Below, piece by piece: positions 1-7,996 of a stretch of DNA of 20,000 nt. The notes under the pieces were generated by a model. That model ran no database searches, had not been told where the DNA came from, and saw only the letters and a list, made by a program, of their open reading frames with translations. The translations under genes and the position numbers were made by a program. Positions within the stretch are counted from its first letter, which is position 1. Each line of letters opens with the position of its first letter. The stretch lies in sequence record DRR378314_1434. The stretch is one strand, 5' to 3'.

Positions 1-1
1 T

Positions 2-1138
2 CAGGCTTTTGATGCCCCCTGGGCAACAATGCACAGCAAGGTTGAAGGGATTCTGGAGTATAGCCTGTTGTTATTCATTCCTGAACAGCAGCCATTTGAT
101 CTGTTCAACCCAGACCGGAAATCCGCGCTAAAACTCTATGTAAAGCGGGTTTTTATTACAGATGATTGTGAAGAACTGGTGCCGGCCTACCTGCGATTTG
201 TCAAAGGTGTGGTGGACTCAGAAGATCTGCCTTTGAATGTCAGCCGGGAAATGCTGCAGAACAATCCGGTTCTTCGGAAAATCAAATCCGGTATTGTCAA
301 AAAAGTTCTGGGCGAACTTGAAAAGCGATCCAAAAAGGACGTGGAAGGTTTCCATAAATTCTGGGATAATTTCGGGGCGGTCCTGAAAGAGGGCATTTAC
401 GAAGATTTCGAAAATAGCGACCAACTTCTAAAATTATCTGTGTTTCACAGCACCCATTCGGATGGGTACACGTCGCTTGAGGAATATGTCGAGCGGATGC
501 CTGATGACCAGGAATGCATTTACTATATTACCGGGGACAATCTGGAGGCGATCCGGCGAAGCCCGCAATTGGAAGGGTTCAAGGCAAAAGGAATTGAAGT
601 CCTGCTGCTAAGTGACCCTGTTGATAATTTCTGGCTTGGCCGTCAATCAGCGTTCATGGAAAAAACTTTCAAGTCGGTAACCCAGGGATCTGCGGATCTG
701 GATAAGGTCAAAGGCAAGGAAGAGGATAAGCCCGAGGATGAGGACAAAGCTGATCAGCCGCAACTGGATCTGTTGATTGGTGCTTTTCGCGGCGCCTTGA
801 AAGATAAGGTCAAGGATATCCGAATCTCCAAGCGGCTGACAGACAGCCCTGTTTGCCTGGTGGCTGACGATGGGGATATGGATATTCACCTTGAGAAAAT
901 GCTGAAAGCCCATAAGCAATTGGGCGGAATGACCTCCCAGCGAATTTTGGAAATCAATCCCAAGCATGATCTTGTGAAGAAATTGATGGCAAAGGCTGAG
1001 GAAAAAGAGACAACGGATCTTTTGAACGATGCCGCATTTTTGCTTTTGGATCAGGCGTTTATTGTTGAGGGGGAGCAGCCGGAAGACCCGGTCGCCTTCT
1101 CAAGGAGGATGGCAAGTTTTATGGCGCATGGCCTTTAA
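2..1138 (+). CDS. htpG: Molecular chaperone HtpG (Hsp90), 5'-truncated by the window edge (middle and C-terminal domains)
   Basis: The frame is open from position 2 (QAFDAPWATMHSKVEG...). Hsp90 motifs: LYVKRVFITDD, YLRFVKGVVDSEDLPLNVSREMLQ, FGAVLKEGIYED, IYYITG, SPQLEGF, RLTDSPVCLV, ILEINPKH. Confidence 0.97.
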   Translation, partial: QAFDAPWATMHSKVEGILEYSLLLFIPEQQPFDLFNPDRKSALKLYVKRVFITDDCEELVPAYLRFVKGVVDSEDLPLNVSREMLQNNPVLRKIKSGIVKKVLGELEKRSKKDVEGFHKFWDNFGAVLKEGIYEDFENSDQLLKLSVFHSTHSDGYTSLEEYVERMPDDQECIYYITGDNLEAIRRSPQLEGFKAKGIEVLLLSDPVDNFWLGRQSAFMEKTFKSVTQGSADLDKVKGKEEDKPEDEDKADQPQLDLLIGAFRGALKDKVKDIRISKRLTDSPVCLVADDGDMDIHLEKMLKAHKQLGGMTSQRILEINPKHDLVKKLMAKAEEKETTDLLNDAAFLLLDQAFIVEGEQPEDPVAFSRRMASFMAHGL

Positions 1139-1163
1139 CGGACGATCCTGATTTTCTCAGAAT

Positions 1164-1195
1164 AGGGGTGGCAGCAATGTCACCCCTTTCTTTTT
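1164..1195 (+). terminator. Rho-independent terminator of htpG
   Basis: 10-bp stem AGGGGTGGCA / TGTCACCCCT (one G-U), GCAA (GNRA) tetraloop, then TTCTTTTT; about 25 nt after the htpG stop. Confidence 0.85.
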
Positions 1196-1256
1196 GACAC
1201 AAAATGACGACCGGGCCGTCTTGTCTGTATTCATGACTACACAAGACAGGTCAATC

Positions 1257-2324
1257 ATGCGGAAATATTTTTTTATAGGAATTCTGGCTGCCCCGCTCCT
1301 GTTGACGGTGTCTGCCTGCGGGCATCAAATCGCACCGGAGCTCAAGCAGAAAAGTGCTGAATTCTCACAAAGCGTCAATGTTGTTCGGACGGCTGTCTTT
1401 TCCGCGTTTGAGTTGGCCGAAACGGCTAATCGGTTAGCCCAACAGTCAAATCTTAATCTGCAATATGATCTGGGTGCACGTCCGCCGGTCGATTTCAAAC
1501 CGCTTTTTACCCACGCGGACCTGCAGGCCCGGCAATCGGTGCTGGATAGCCTTTCCCTTTACGCGCTGAGATTAAGCAGAGCCTTTGGCGTTGAGGCGGG
1601 GCAGACGGCTCTTCCCGATATACTCAATCCGCAGTCCCTCGCCGATCTGGATTTTAAAGCGTTCGATACAAATAACCTGCTCAGCAATGAAGGGATTTCC
1701 ACATTGAAGGCGGGTGCCGAAGAAGTATCCAGATTTTTGACAAGCTCCAAAAGCGAAGAAGAAATGGCGGGTCTGGTTCGGCGAATGCAGCCGGCGATAG
1801 AGAGACTGAGTTTTCTGCTTTATTTGGATGTCGGGTTTCTGGGAGAGGGAATAGTTGCCTGCGGCGGGACATCAATATCCCTGACGCCACCGGTTGATGT
1901 GGCCACCTTACCCGACTGCCGGGGCGGACTTCGGCCAGTGCTGCAGGATGCCTTATCAGAGACAGCCACCATCTGGCGGCAACGCTTAAGCCTGTCGAGC
2001 CCGAAAGAATTACAAATGGCGAAAGGGCGGTCATTCCTGCTGGACCAGATTTATGGGATCGAGACGGCGAAAACAGCGATTGATGGGAAACTTATGCGAT
2101 TGCAAAAAGCAATATTGATGATTGCCCGACTGCATAAAGCCATAGCCCAGTCATTTCAAAAGGGTTCTGGCGAAGGATCACCCGCTCCGTTTTTGCGGTC
2201 TATGCCTGAACCGGTAGGCAGTGAGCATCTCTCATCGTTGCTTGCCCAACTGAATACAGATCTAAGGCTTCAAACCAATTCCCTACTGACCTTATCGAAG
2301 GATCGTCAACATGCGCCTCAGTGA
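1257..2324 (+). CDS. Uncharacterised predicted lipoprotein (~355 aa, mostly helical)
   Basis: ATG at 1257 gives MRKYFFIGILAAPLLLTVSA-C: basic N-region, hydrophobic H-region and lipobox VSA-C (Cys21). The track's longer start at 1194 overlaps the htpG terminator and is less likely. No family recognised. Confidence 0.8.
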   Translation: MRKYFFIGILAAPLLLTVSACGHQIAPELKQKSAEFSQSVNVVRTAVFSAFELAETANRLAQQSNLNLQYDLGARPPVDFKPLFTHADLQARQSVLDSLSLYALRLSRAFGVEAGQTALPDILNPQSLADLDFKAFDTNNLLSNEGISTLKAGAEEVSRFLTSSKSEEEMAGLVRRMQPAIERLSFLLYLDVGFLGEGIVACGGTSISLTPPVDVATLPDCRGGLRPVLQDALSETATIWRQRLSLSSPKELQMAKGRSFLLDQIYGIETAKTAIDGKLMRLQKAILMIARLHKAIAQSFQKGSGEGSPAPFLRSMPEPVGSEHLSSLLAQLNTDLRLQTNSLLTLSKDRQHAPQ

Positions 2325-2631
2325 TATGACCGATTATGAGAAACTGCATTATGCACAGCAACTTCTGGATCATCAGGACCTAAGTGCACTGACGCGGGCA
2401 ATGCAGGTTGAGCTGTTGACAGCCCGCCAACTCATTTATGGGCAGCTGCAGTCGTTGAACACCGCTTCTATTCAGAAGCGGACGGCTGAATTTGTTAAAG
2501 TCCGGTCCAAACTTGAAGAGAGCCGCGCGACCTTTGAGAAACTGGATGAATGGGCCAAATCCAGAGCGGCGACCAGCAACACCCTGGAGAATCTTGCCAA
2601 AGGTGTTGCGGCAGTTCTGGCTCTGTTGTAG
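2311..2631 (+). CDS. Small hypothetical helical/coiled-coil protein (106 aa) with a hydrophobic C-terminal helix
   Basis: Overlaps the lipoprotein gene by 14 nt; AAGGA SD about 8-9 nt upstream of the ATG; no signal peptide; ends LENLAKGVAAVLALL. Confidence 0.75.
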   Translation: MRLSDMTDYEKLHYAQQLLDHQDLSALTRAMQVELLTARQLIYGQLQSLNTASIQKRTAEFVKVRSKLEESRATFEKLDEWAKSRAATSNTLENLAKGVAAVLALL

Positions 2632-2664
2632 CCGGCAGGGGCGACCAACCTTTCAAACTGTAGA

Positions 2665-3489
2665 TCAGGATTTTTTATGATCCGGATCCATCATTGGATC
2701 GATGGCCCGCCGCGTCAGGCTGTAATCTGCCTCTGCCGGGATGTTGAGAAATTTGCCTGAATCCGTCACTTCCAATTCTGGCAGGACCGTGACTGTTTTT
2801 GTTTCTTTAGAGCCTGAAATCGCTTGTTCAGCAGAGCTGTAGCGGGACAAATATTCAATATTCATCATGGTTGGGAAGATAATGGTATATTTTCCCGACT
2901 TTGCCCCCGCGATGGCTTCATTGGGTCCAATCCAGACGCTATCAACCGATTCTTCCCCGTCATGAAAGGCCAGTTGTTCCTCTGGCGCTTCGGCGATAAA
3001 GAAATGGGTGTCGAAACGCTTGGGCATAAAGCTTGGCGTCACCCAATGGGAATAATGGGCCAAGTGATCCGTTGCCAGTTCCAGATCTTCTGCATCTGCC
3101 ATTTTTAGGATATCGATGTCGCCAGCTTGCATATCTTTTCGATATTTTTCCGTGAGCGCATCTACTTTAGCCGGGTCAATCATACGTCCGGTTTTCCGAT
3201 CCCGGGCGAGCAGCACATGGCATTCTTCGAAGGCCTCGCGAATAGAGGCAATTTTAAAAGAAAGGAGCGGGTCTTCCAGGTCCTGAGAGCTTGGCAGGTG
3301 GTCCTGAAGTTCTTTTTTCAGGTCGGCTTTATCAACTTTGCCGCCCGGGAACACAAGGGCACCGGAGGCAAAATCTATCTGGTGATGCCTGACGACCATG
3401 AAGACTTCAAGTTTATCATTGTGTTTTTCGCAATCGCGAACCAACAGCACTGTTGCGGCTGGTAAGAGAGGAGCCGTTTCCTTGGACAT
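2665..3489 (-). CDS. Nudix hydrolase, NUDT19-like subfamily (possible acyl-CoA/CoA diphosphatase)
   Basis: Likely start ATG 3489 (MSKETAPLLPAATVLLVRD) with AAGGA upstream. Split Nudix box VFPGGKVD...IREAFEECHV and subfamily motif HWVTPSFMPKRFDTHFF. Confidence 0.85.
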   Translation of the reverse strand: MSKETAPLLPAATVLLVRDCEKHNDKLEVFMVVRHHQIDFASGALVFPGGKVDKADLKKELQDHLPSSQDLEDPLLSFKIASIREAFEECHVLLARDRKTGRMIDPAKVDALTEKYRKDMQAGDIDILKMADAEDLELATDHLAHYSHWVTPSFMPKRFDTHFFIAEAPEEQLAFHDGEESVDSVWIGPNEAIAGAKSGKYTIIFPTMMNIEYLSRYSSAEQAISGSKETKTVTVLPELEVTDSGKFLNIPAEADYSLTRRAIDPMMDPDHKKS

Positions 3490-3505
3490 TCCGCTTTTTC
3501 CTTTT

Positions 3506-3568
3506 TTTATTTTCTGCCCACCTTTATAGCTTGAGCCTGGTTTGCCAGGCAAGCTATCAGAAAATAAA
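3506..3568. repeat. Long imperfect inverted repeat (hairpin) directly upstream of the Nudix RBS
   Basis: TTTATTTTCTG(3506-16)/CAGAAAATAAA(3558-68), ATAGCTT(3526-32)/AAGCTAT(3551-57), GCCTGG(3535-40)/CCAGGC(3545-50), 4-nt loop: 24 Watson-Crick pairs with two one-sided bulges. Confidence 0.75.
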
Positions 3569-3585
3569 CGGCGTTATTGAGCGCC

Positions 3586-4311
3586 TTAGAGCTGGATAAA
3601 CAGGGCTGCGACGATAGGGCCATATCCGTTTTCCTGGACCAGTATGGCACAGCTGTCGCGTCCTTTGTTGCGCAGGGCATCCAAGGATAGCCGCAAGGTT
3701 TTCGGTTGTCCGTTCCACTCTGCAAGAGTTTCCAGTTGGCGAACAACATTGTGATAAGTGATCGTTCGGCCAGTATTTTCGCCTCTGCCAATATTGACCT
3801 CTTTTGCGGTATTTAGATCTGCCTGCCAGATGGTGGCGGGCTTCCGCCAATCGGGCAGTGCAATTTCCAGGACATCGTCCGTCACAGTCCAGTTAAGAGG
3901 GAGTTGCCGCGCATGATCTTTATATTCGGCAAGGAAATGGGATAACCGATCCGCACTGGAGCCAACGAAATGATCCTTACCGCCGACAATCATTTGCGGT
4001 GTATAGACGTAACTTGTGCGCAGTTGGTTGCGATATTCTGCCTGCCGGGCGTCATTCTGACGGGAGCCGAATGTATCTTTCCAGCCAATATAATCCCAGT
4101 ATGTCACGGCGAAGGAAAGGCCCAGAACGTGAGTTTGCTCTGCGGTTTTGACGATGTCGCCCATTAATGCATCTGCCGGAGGACAGGAGGAGCAGCCCTG
4201 CGACGTATAGAGTTCAACGACTGTGTCCATCTGCTGAATTTCTGTCGCTTGTGTTGTCAGGCTGATAAGGCAGAGGCCGATAGCAGTGGCTAGGGTTGCA
4301 AGATTTTTCAT
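3586..4311 (-). CDS. DUF1223-family exported thioredoxin-like protein
   Basis: VVELYTSQGCSSCPPAD (CxxC), YWDYIGWKD, YTPQMIV and GEN.G.TITYHNVVR motifs. ATG 4311 gives a Sec signal peptide MKNLATLATAIGLCLISLTTQA; alternative start at 4347. Confidence 0.88.
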   Translation of the reverse strand: MKNLATLATAIGLCLISLTTQATEIQQMDTVVELYTSQGCSSCPPADALMGDIVKTAEQTHVLGLSFAVTYWDYIGWKDTFGSRQNDARQAEYRNQLRTSYVYTPQMIVGGKDHFVGSSADRLSHFLAEYKDHARQLPLNWTVTDDVLEIALPDWRKPATIWQADLNTAKEVNIGRGENTGRTITYHNVVRQLETLAEWNGQPKTLRLSLDALRNKGRDSCAILVQENGYGPIVAALFIQL

Positions 4312-4364
4312 GTCTTGAAGGTTAGCTAGAATGCGGTTCACATGCAATTCAAGCTTAGTTGAAC

Positions 4365-4395
4365 AAAAAAACGGCGACCAAAAGGCCGCCGTTTT
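4365..4395 (-). terminator. Rho-independent terminator of acnA
   Basis: Minus strand reads AAAACGGCGGCC-TTTT-GGTCGCCGTTTTTTT, about 25 nt past the acnA stop. The stem mismatch is a G-U pair only on the minus strand. Confidence 0.85.
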
Positions 4396-4419
4396 CGATT
4401 TGATTTCAATGACCGCTTA

Positions 4420-7113
4420 TCAGGAAGCCGCCAATTTTCTTAAAACATACTGCAGGATACCTTCGTGGCGGTAATATTCCACTTCATCCAGGGTATCAAT
4501 TCGGCACAGCAGGTTGACGGCTTCAGTGCTGCCATCGGTCCGTGTGATGGTGCAAGGAACAGTCATGCGCGGTGTAATGCCATCTTTGACGCCAGTGATA
4601 CTGACAGTCTCCGTGCCATCCAGACCCAACGTTTTGCGGTTTACGCCGTCTGGGAACTGAAGGGGCAGAATACCCATGCCGACAAGGTTGGAGCGATGGA
4701 TCCGCTCAAAGCTTTCCGCAACTACGGCTTTGATACCGAGAAGACGGGTGCCTTTTGCCGCCCAGTCACGGCTGGAGCCGGTTCCGTATTCCTTACCGGC
4801 GAAAACAACAAGTGGGACACCATCTTTTTGGTACTGCATGGAGGCATCATAGATCCATTGCTGCGTTCCATCCGGCATGTGTTTCGTCACACCTCCTTCG
4901 GTGCCAGGAGCCACTTCGTTTTTGAGGCGGATATTGGCAAATGTGCCGCGCATCATGACTTGGTGGTTACCACGGCGAGAACCGTAAGAGTTGTAGTCTT
5001 TAACAGCAACCTGGTGGTCGTTCAGATATTCGCCTGCAGGGCTATCAGCTTTAATCGCACCTGCGGGAGAGATATGGTCGGTTGTGACCGAGTCTGCCAA
5101 TAACGCCAAAACGCGGGCATCTTCTATATCGCTGAAGCCACCAGCTTCCTTGTTCATGCCTTCAAAATACGGCGGATGCTGAACATAGGTCGACGTGGAA
5201 TCCCATGAGTAAGTCTGGCCTTCTGCCGTCTGAATGCTCTGCCAGGCTTGGTCGCCGGCAAAAACGTCAGCATATTGGGTCACAAACATATCCCGGGTCA
5301 GAGCAGATCGAACGGTATCTTTGATTTCCTGGTTTGTTGGCCAGATGTCTTTCAGATACACAGGGTTTCCGCTTTGATCCTCACCAATAGCGTCCTTGGT
5401 GATGTCGATATTCAGGGAGCCGGCGATCGCATAGGCAACAACCAGTGGCGGTGATGCCAGAAAGTTGGCTTTTGCCTGCGGGCTAACCCGACCTTCAAAG
5501 TTTCGGTTACCAGACAGAACGGAACAGGCGACCAAATCACCTTCCGCAATAGCATCAGCGATTGGTTCAGCAACCGGACCGGAGTTTCCGATACAGGTTG
5601 TACACCCGTAACCAACCAAGTTAAAGCCAAGCGCATCCAGGTCATCCTGAAGTCCGGCTTTTACCAGATAATCTGTCACAACCTTGGAGCCCGGTGCCAG
5701 GGATGTTTTTACCCAAGGCTTCACGGTCAGGCCTTTTGCCATCGCATTTCGGGCAACCAGACCAGCCGCCAGCATTACGCTTGGGTTGGATGTATTGGTG
5801 CAGGAAGTGATTGCAGCAATAATAACATCACCGCTTCCAATGCTGTAGTCGGTTCCAGATACTGGAACTTTCTTTTCAATGCCGTCATTGTTGCCAGCAA
5901 GCGTTGGCAGAGCATTTGCAAATTCGGTCGTGGCTTCTGAGAGCAGAACCCGATCCTGTGGCCGTTTTGGACCTGCGAGGCTGGGTTCAACCGTAGAGAC
6001 ATCCAAAGACAGGGTTGTTGTAAACTCTGGATCTGGTGTGTTGGAGTCGCGCCACATGCCTTGCGCTTTTGCATATGCTTCTACCAGCTTGACCCGTTCT
6101 GGATCACGGGCTGTGAAGTTCAGGAAGTCGATGGTTTCCTGATCAATCGGGAAGAAACCACAAGTTGCACCATATTCCGGAGCCATGTTGGAGATAGTTG
6201 CCCGATCTGCCAGAGATAGCTCATCCAGGCCAGGGCCGTAGAATTCTACGAATTTACCAACCACACCTTCTGCACGAAGCATCTGGGTGACGGTTAGAAC
6301 CAGGTCGGTTGGTGTTGTGCCTTCCTTCATTTTGCCTTCCAGCTTGAAGCCGACGACTTCTGGCAACAACATGGAGATTGGCTGACCCAGCATCACTGCC
6401 TCGGCCTCAATACCACCAACACCCCAGCCAAGTACGGCCATGCCGTTCACCATGGTGGTGTGACTGTCGGTTCCAACAAGGGTATCCGGATAGGCAACTT
6501 CTACACCGTTCTGGTCTTTAGTCGTCCAGACGGTCTGTGCTAGATATTCCAGATTTACCTGGTGGCAGATACCTGTTCCAGGCGGAACAACACGGAAGTT
6601 ATTAAAGGCTTTTTGTCCCCAGCGCAGGAAGGCATAGCGTTCGCCATTGCGTTCCATTTCCAAGTCCACATTCTGTTTGAAAGCAGCTTGGGTTCCTGAT
6701 TTGTCAACCATTACAGAATGGTCAATCACAAGATCACACTGGGCCAGTGGATTAATTTTTTCTGGATCGCCGCCAAGATTGACCATGGCATCACGCATCG
6801 CGGCAAGATCAACCACAGCTGGAACGCCGGTGAAGTCCTGCATCAAAACGCGGGCTGGGCGGTAAGCGATTTCCCGATCGGCTTTTCTGGCTTGCAACCA
6901 GCCAGCAAGGGCAGTGACGTCATCAGATGTCACTGTCCGGCCATCTTCATGGCGCAGCAGGTTTTCAAGCAGCACTTTCAAGGAGAACGGAAGGCGAGAA
7001 ACATCTCCCAATCCGGCTTCTTCAGCTGCGGGAATGCTATAATAATCGTATTTATTTCCGTCGATCTCTAAAGTGCGACGAATTTTGAGGCTGTCGTGAC
7101 CTGTTGTTGTCAA
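4420..7113 (-). CDS. acnA: Aconitate hydratase A (897 aa), TTG start
   Basis: [45 protein letters not shown]; Fe-S ligand motifs [10 protein letters not shown] and [47 protein letters not shown] lies 7 nt upstream of the TTG. Confidence 0.98.
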   Translation of the reverse strand: MTTTGHDSLKIRRTLEIDGNKYDYYSIPAAEEAGLGDVSRLPFSLKVLLENLLRHEDGRTVTSDDVTALAGWLQARKADREIAYRPARVLMQDFTGVPAVVDLAAMRDAMVNLGGDPEKINPLAQCDLVIDHSVMVDKSGTQAAFKQNVDLEMERNGERYAFLRWGQKAFNNFRVVPPGTGICHQVNLEYLAQTVWTTKDQNGVEVAYPDTLVGTDSHTTMVNGMAVLGWGVGGIEAEAVMLGQPISMLLPEVVGFKLEGKMKEGTTPTDLVLTVTQMLRAEGVVGKFVEFYGPGLDELSLADRATISNMAPEYGATCGFFPIDQETIDFLNFTARDPERVKLVEAYAKAQGMWRDSNTPDPEFTTTLSLDVSTVEPSLAGPKRPQDRVLLSEATTEFANALPTLAGNNDGIEKKVPVSGTDYSIGSGDVIIAAITSCTNTSNPSVMLAAGLVARNAMAKGLTVKPWVKTSLAPGSKVVTDYLVKAGLQDDLDALGFNLVGYGCTTCIGNSGPVAEPIADAIAEGDLVACSVLSGNRNFEGRVSPQAKANFLASPPLVVAYAIAGSLNIDITKDAIGEDQSGNPVYLKDIWPTNQEIKDTVRSALTRDMFVTQYADVFAGDQAWQSIQTAEGQTYSWDSTSTYVQHPPYFEGMNKEAGGFSDIEDARVLALLADSVTTDHISPAGAIKADSPAGEYLNDHQVAVKDYNSYGSRRGNHQVMMRGTFANIRLKNEVAPGTEGGVTKHMPDGTQQWIYDASMQYQKDGVPLVVFAGKEYGTGSSRDWAAKGTRLLGIKAVVAESFERIHRSNLVGMGILPLQFPDGVNRKTLGLDGTETVSITGVKDGITPRMTVPCTITRTDGSTEAVNLLCRIDTLDEVEYYRHEGILQYVLRKLAAS

Positions 7114-7479
7114 CGCTTCGCTCCTTGCTCAGTGTGGGAACGGGAAGATACCTGAGTGTCAGGGTATCAGTGTTTTTGTCGGCCCGTATTTGCCCTAATT
7201 TTCACATTTACTCAAGAGCTAACGTGAAAAAGTTAAGAAATATGCCAGTTAATTATTGTTCTATTGCTCAAAATCAAACCAGAACAGATAAAATCTTCTA
7301 AACTGCCAGTATAAACTTACACCGGTTTTCTGGCCGTTGTCTAACCGAAGAGCGAACGATGAGTGATCAAAAAAAGATTCGCCCTCATTTTCGACTTTGA
7401 AGGATGAAGTTTCGGGAAACTGCTGGACTGGGGTAAAATTACGATTGTTTCAACGAAGTAGTTAATGAGCGCAACTAAA

Positions 7480-7715
7480 GAAACGTTTTGTTTGTTTTAT
7501 TATAATTAATTTTATCGATCATAATTTTAAATATAATTAAGTAAAATTGAGAATAGAATATTTAAAATATTATGATTATAAGATAAGTATAAGTGAATTT
7601 TACCGCATTTAAATACTATTGTTACTTGTTTGTTTAATGGACGTTATAAAATTTTATTTTTTACTTACAATACAAATGTTTGTTTTTCTATAATATTTAA
7701 GATTTTTCACTTATT
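7480..7715. promoter_or_regulatory. Very AT-rich core of the divergent acnA / acyl-CoA ligase intergenic region
   Basis: Hand count gives 29 G/C in 180 nt over 7501-7680 (~16% GC), against about 50% in flanking genes; no ORF in the track. Confidence 0.7.
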
Positions 7716-7749
7716 GTCTTCTCGGCGGGCGGAAAAATAGTATTTTCTC

Positions 7750-7779
7750 TTGACCTTTTCTGATATAAGTGATTAATCG
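7750..7779 (+). promoter_or_regulatory. Candidate sigma70-type promoter of the ligase/ABC operon
   Basis: TTGACC at 7750-7755 followed 17-18 nt later by TTAATC/TAATCG, just downstream of the AT-rich block. The -10 match is imperfect. Confidence 0.4.
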
Positions 7780-7996
7780 AAAGCAATCGGCTCATTAAGA
7801 AGCCCAATAATAAGATGGCCATCCGAAAAGGTCGCGTTTCAGGGAGAGACGTGTAAAGGTTCGAGCTGTGTTAAGTTCGATCGGCATCGCTATTGTGTGG
7901 TTCTTTAAGGCTGCCGTTAATCCCTCATAATGAAAAAATGACTTCGCCGTATCTTTTTTGGCGTCGGTGTAAATTTGTTAGGGATACAGGGAGCCT

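Noticed and set aside
7129..7173. Canonical IRE loop sequence CAGTGT, present twice
   Set aside because: It is on the plus strand, antisense to the acnA mRNA, so it cannot act as a canonical IRE for acnA.
7286..7302. Possible Irr/ICE iron-control box upstream of acnA
   Set aside because: Only one half-site (TTCTAAA) matches TTTAGAA-N3-TTCTAAA; the other half (AGATAAA) does not.
7527..7540. Possible CtrA site TTAA-ATATAA-TTAA
   Set aside because: The spacer is 6 nt rather than 7, and the motif is easily produced by the AT-rich background.
7480..7715. AT-rich block as a replication origin or DNA unwinding element
   Set aside because: I found no DnaA boxes (TTATCCACA-like), no iterons and no origin-associated genes nearby.
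7462..7798. 9-bp inverted repeat TTAATGAGC / GCTCATTAA flanking the AT-rich block (possible MITE ends)
   Set aside because: It does not extend beyond 9 bp, there is no target-site duplication, and about one such match is expected by chance in an 880-bp region.
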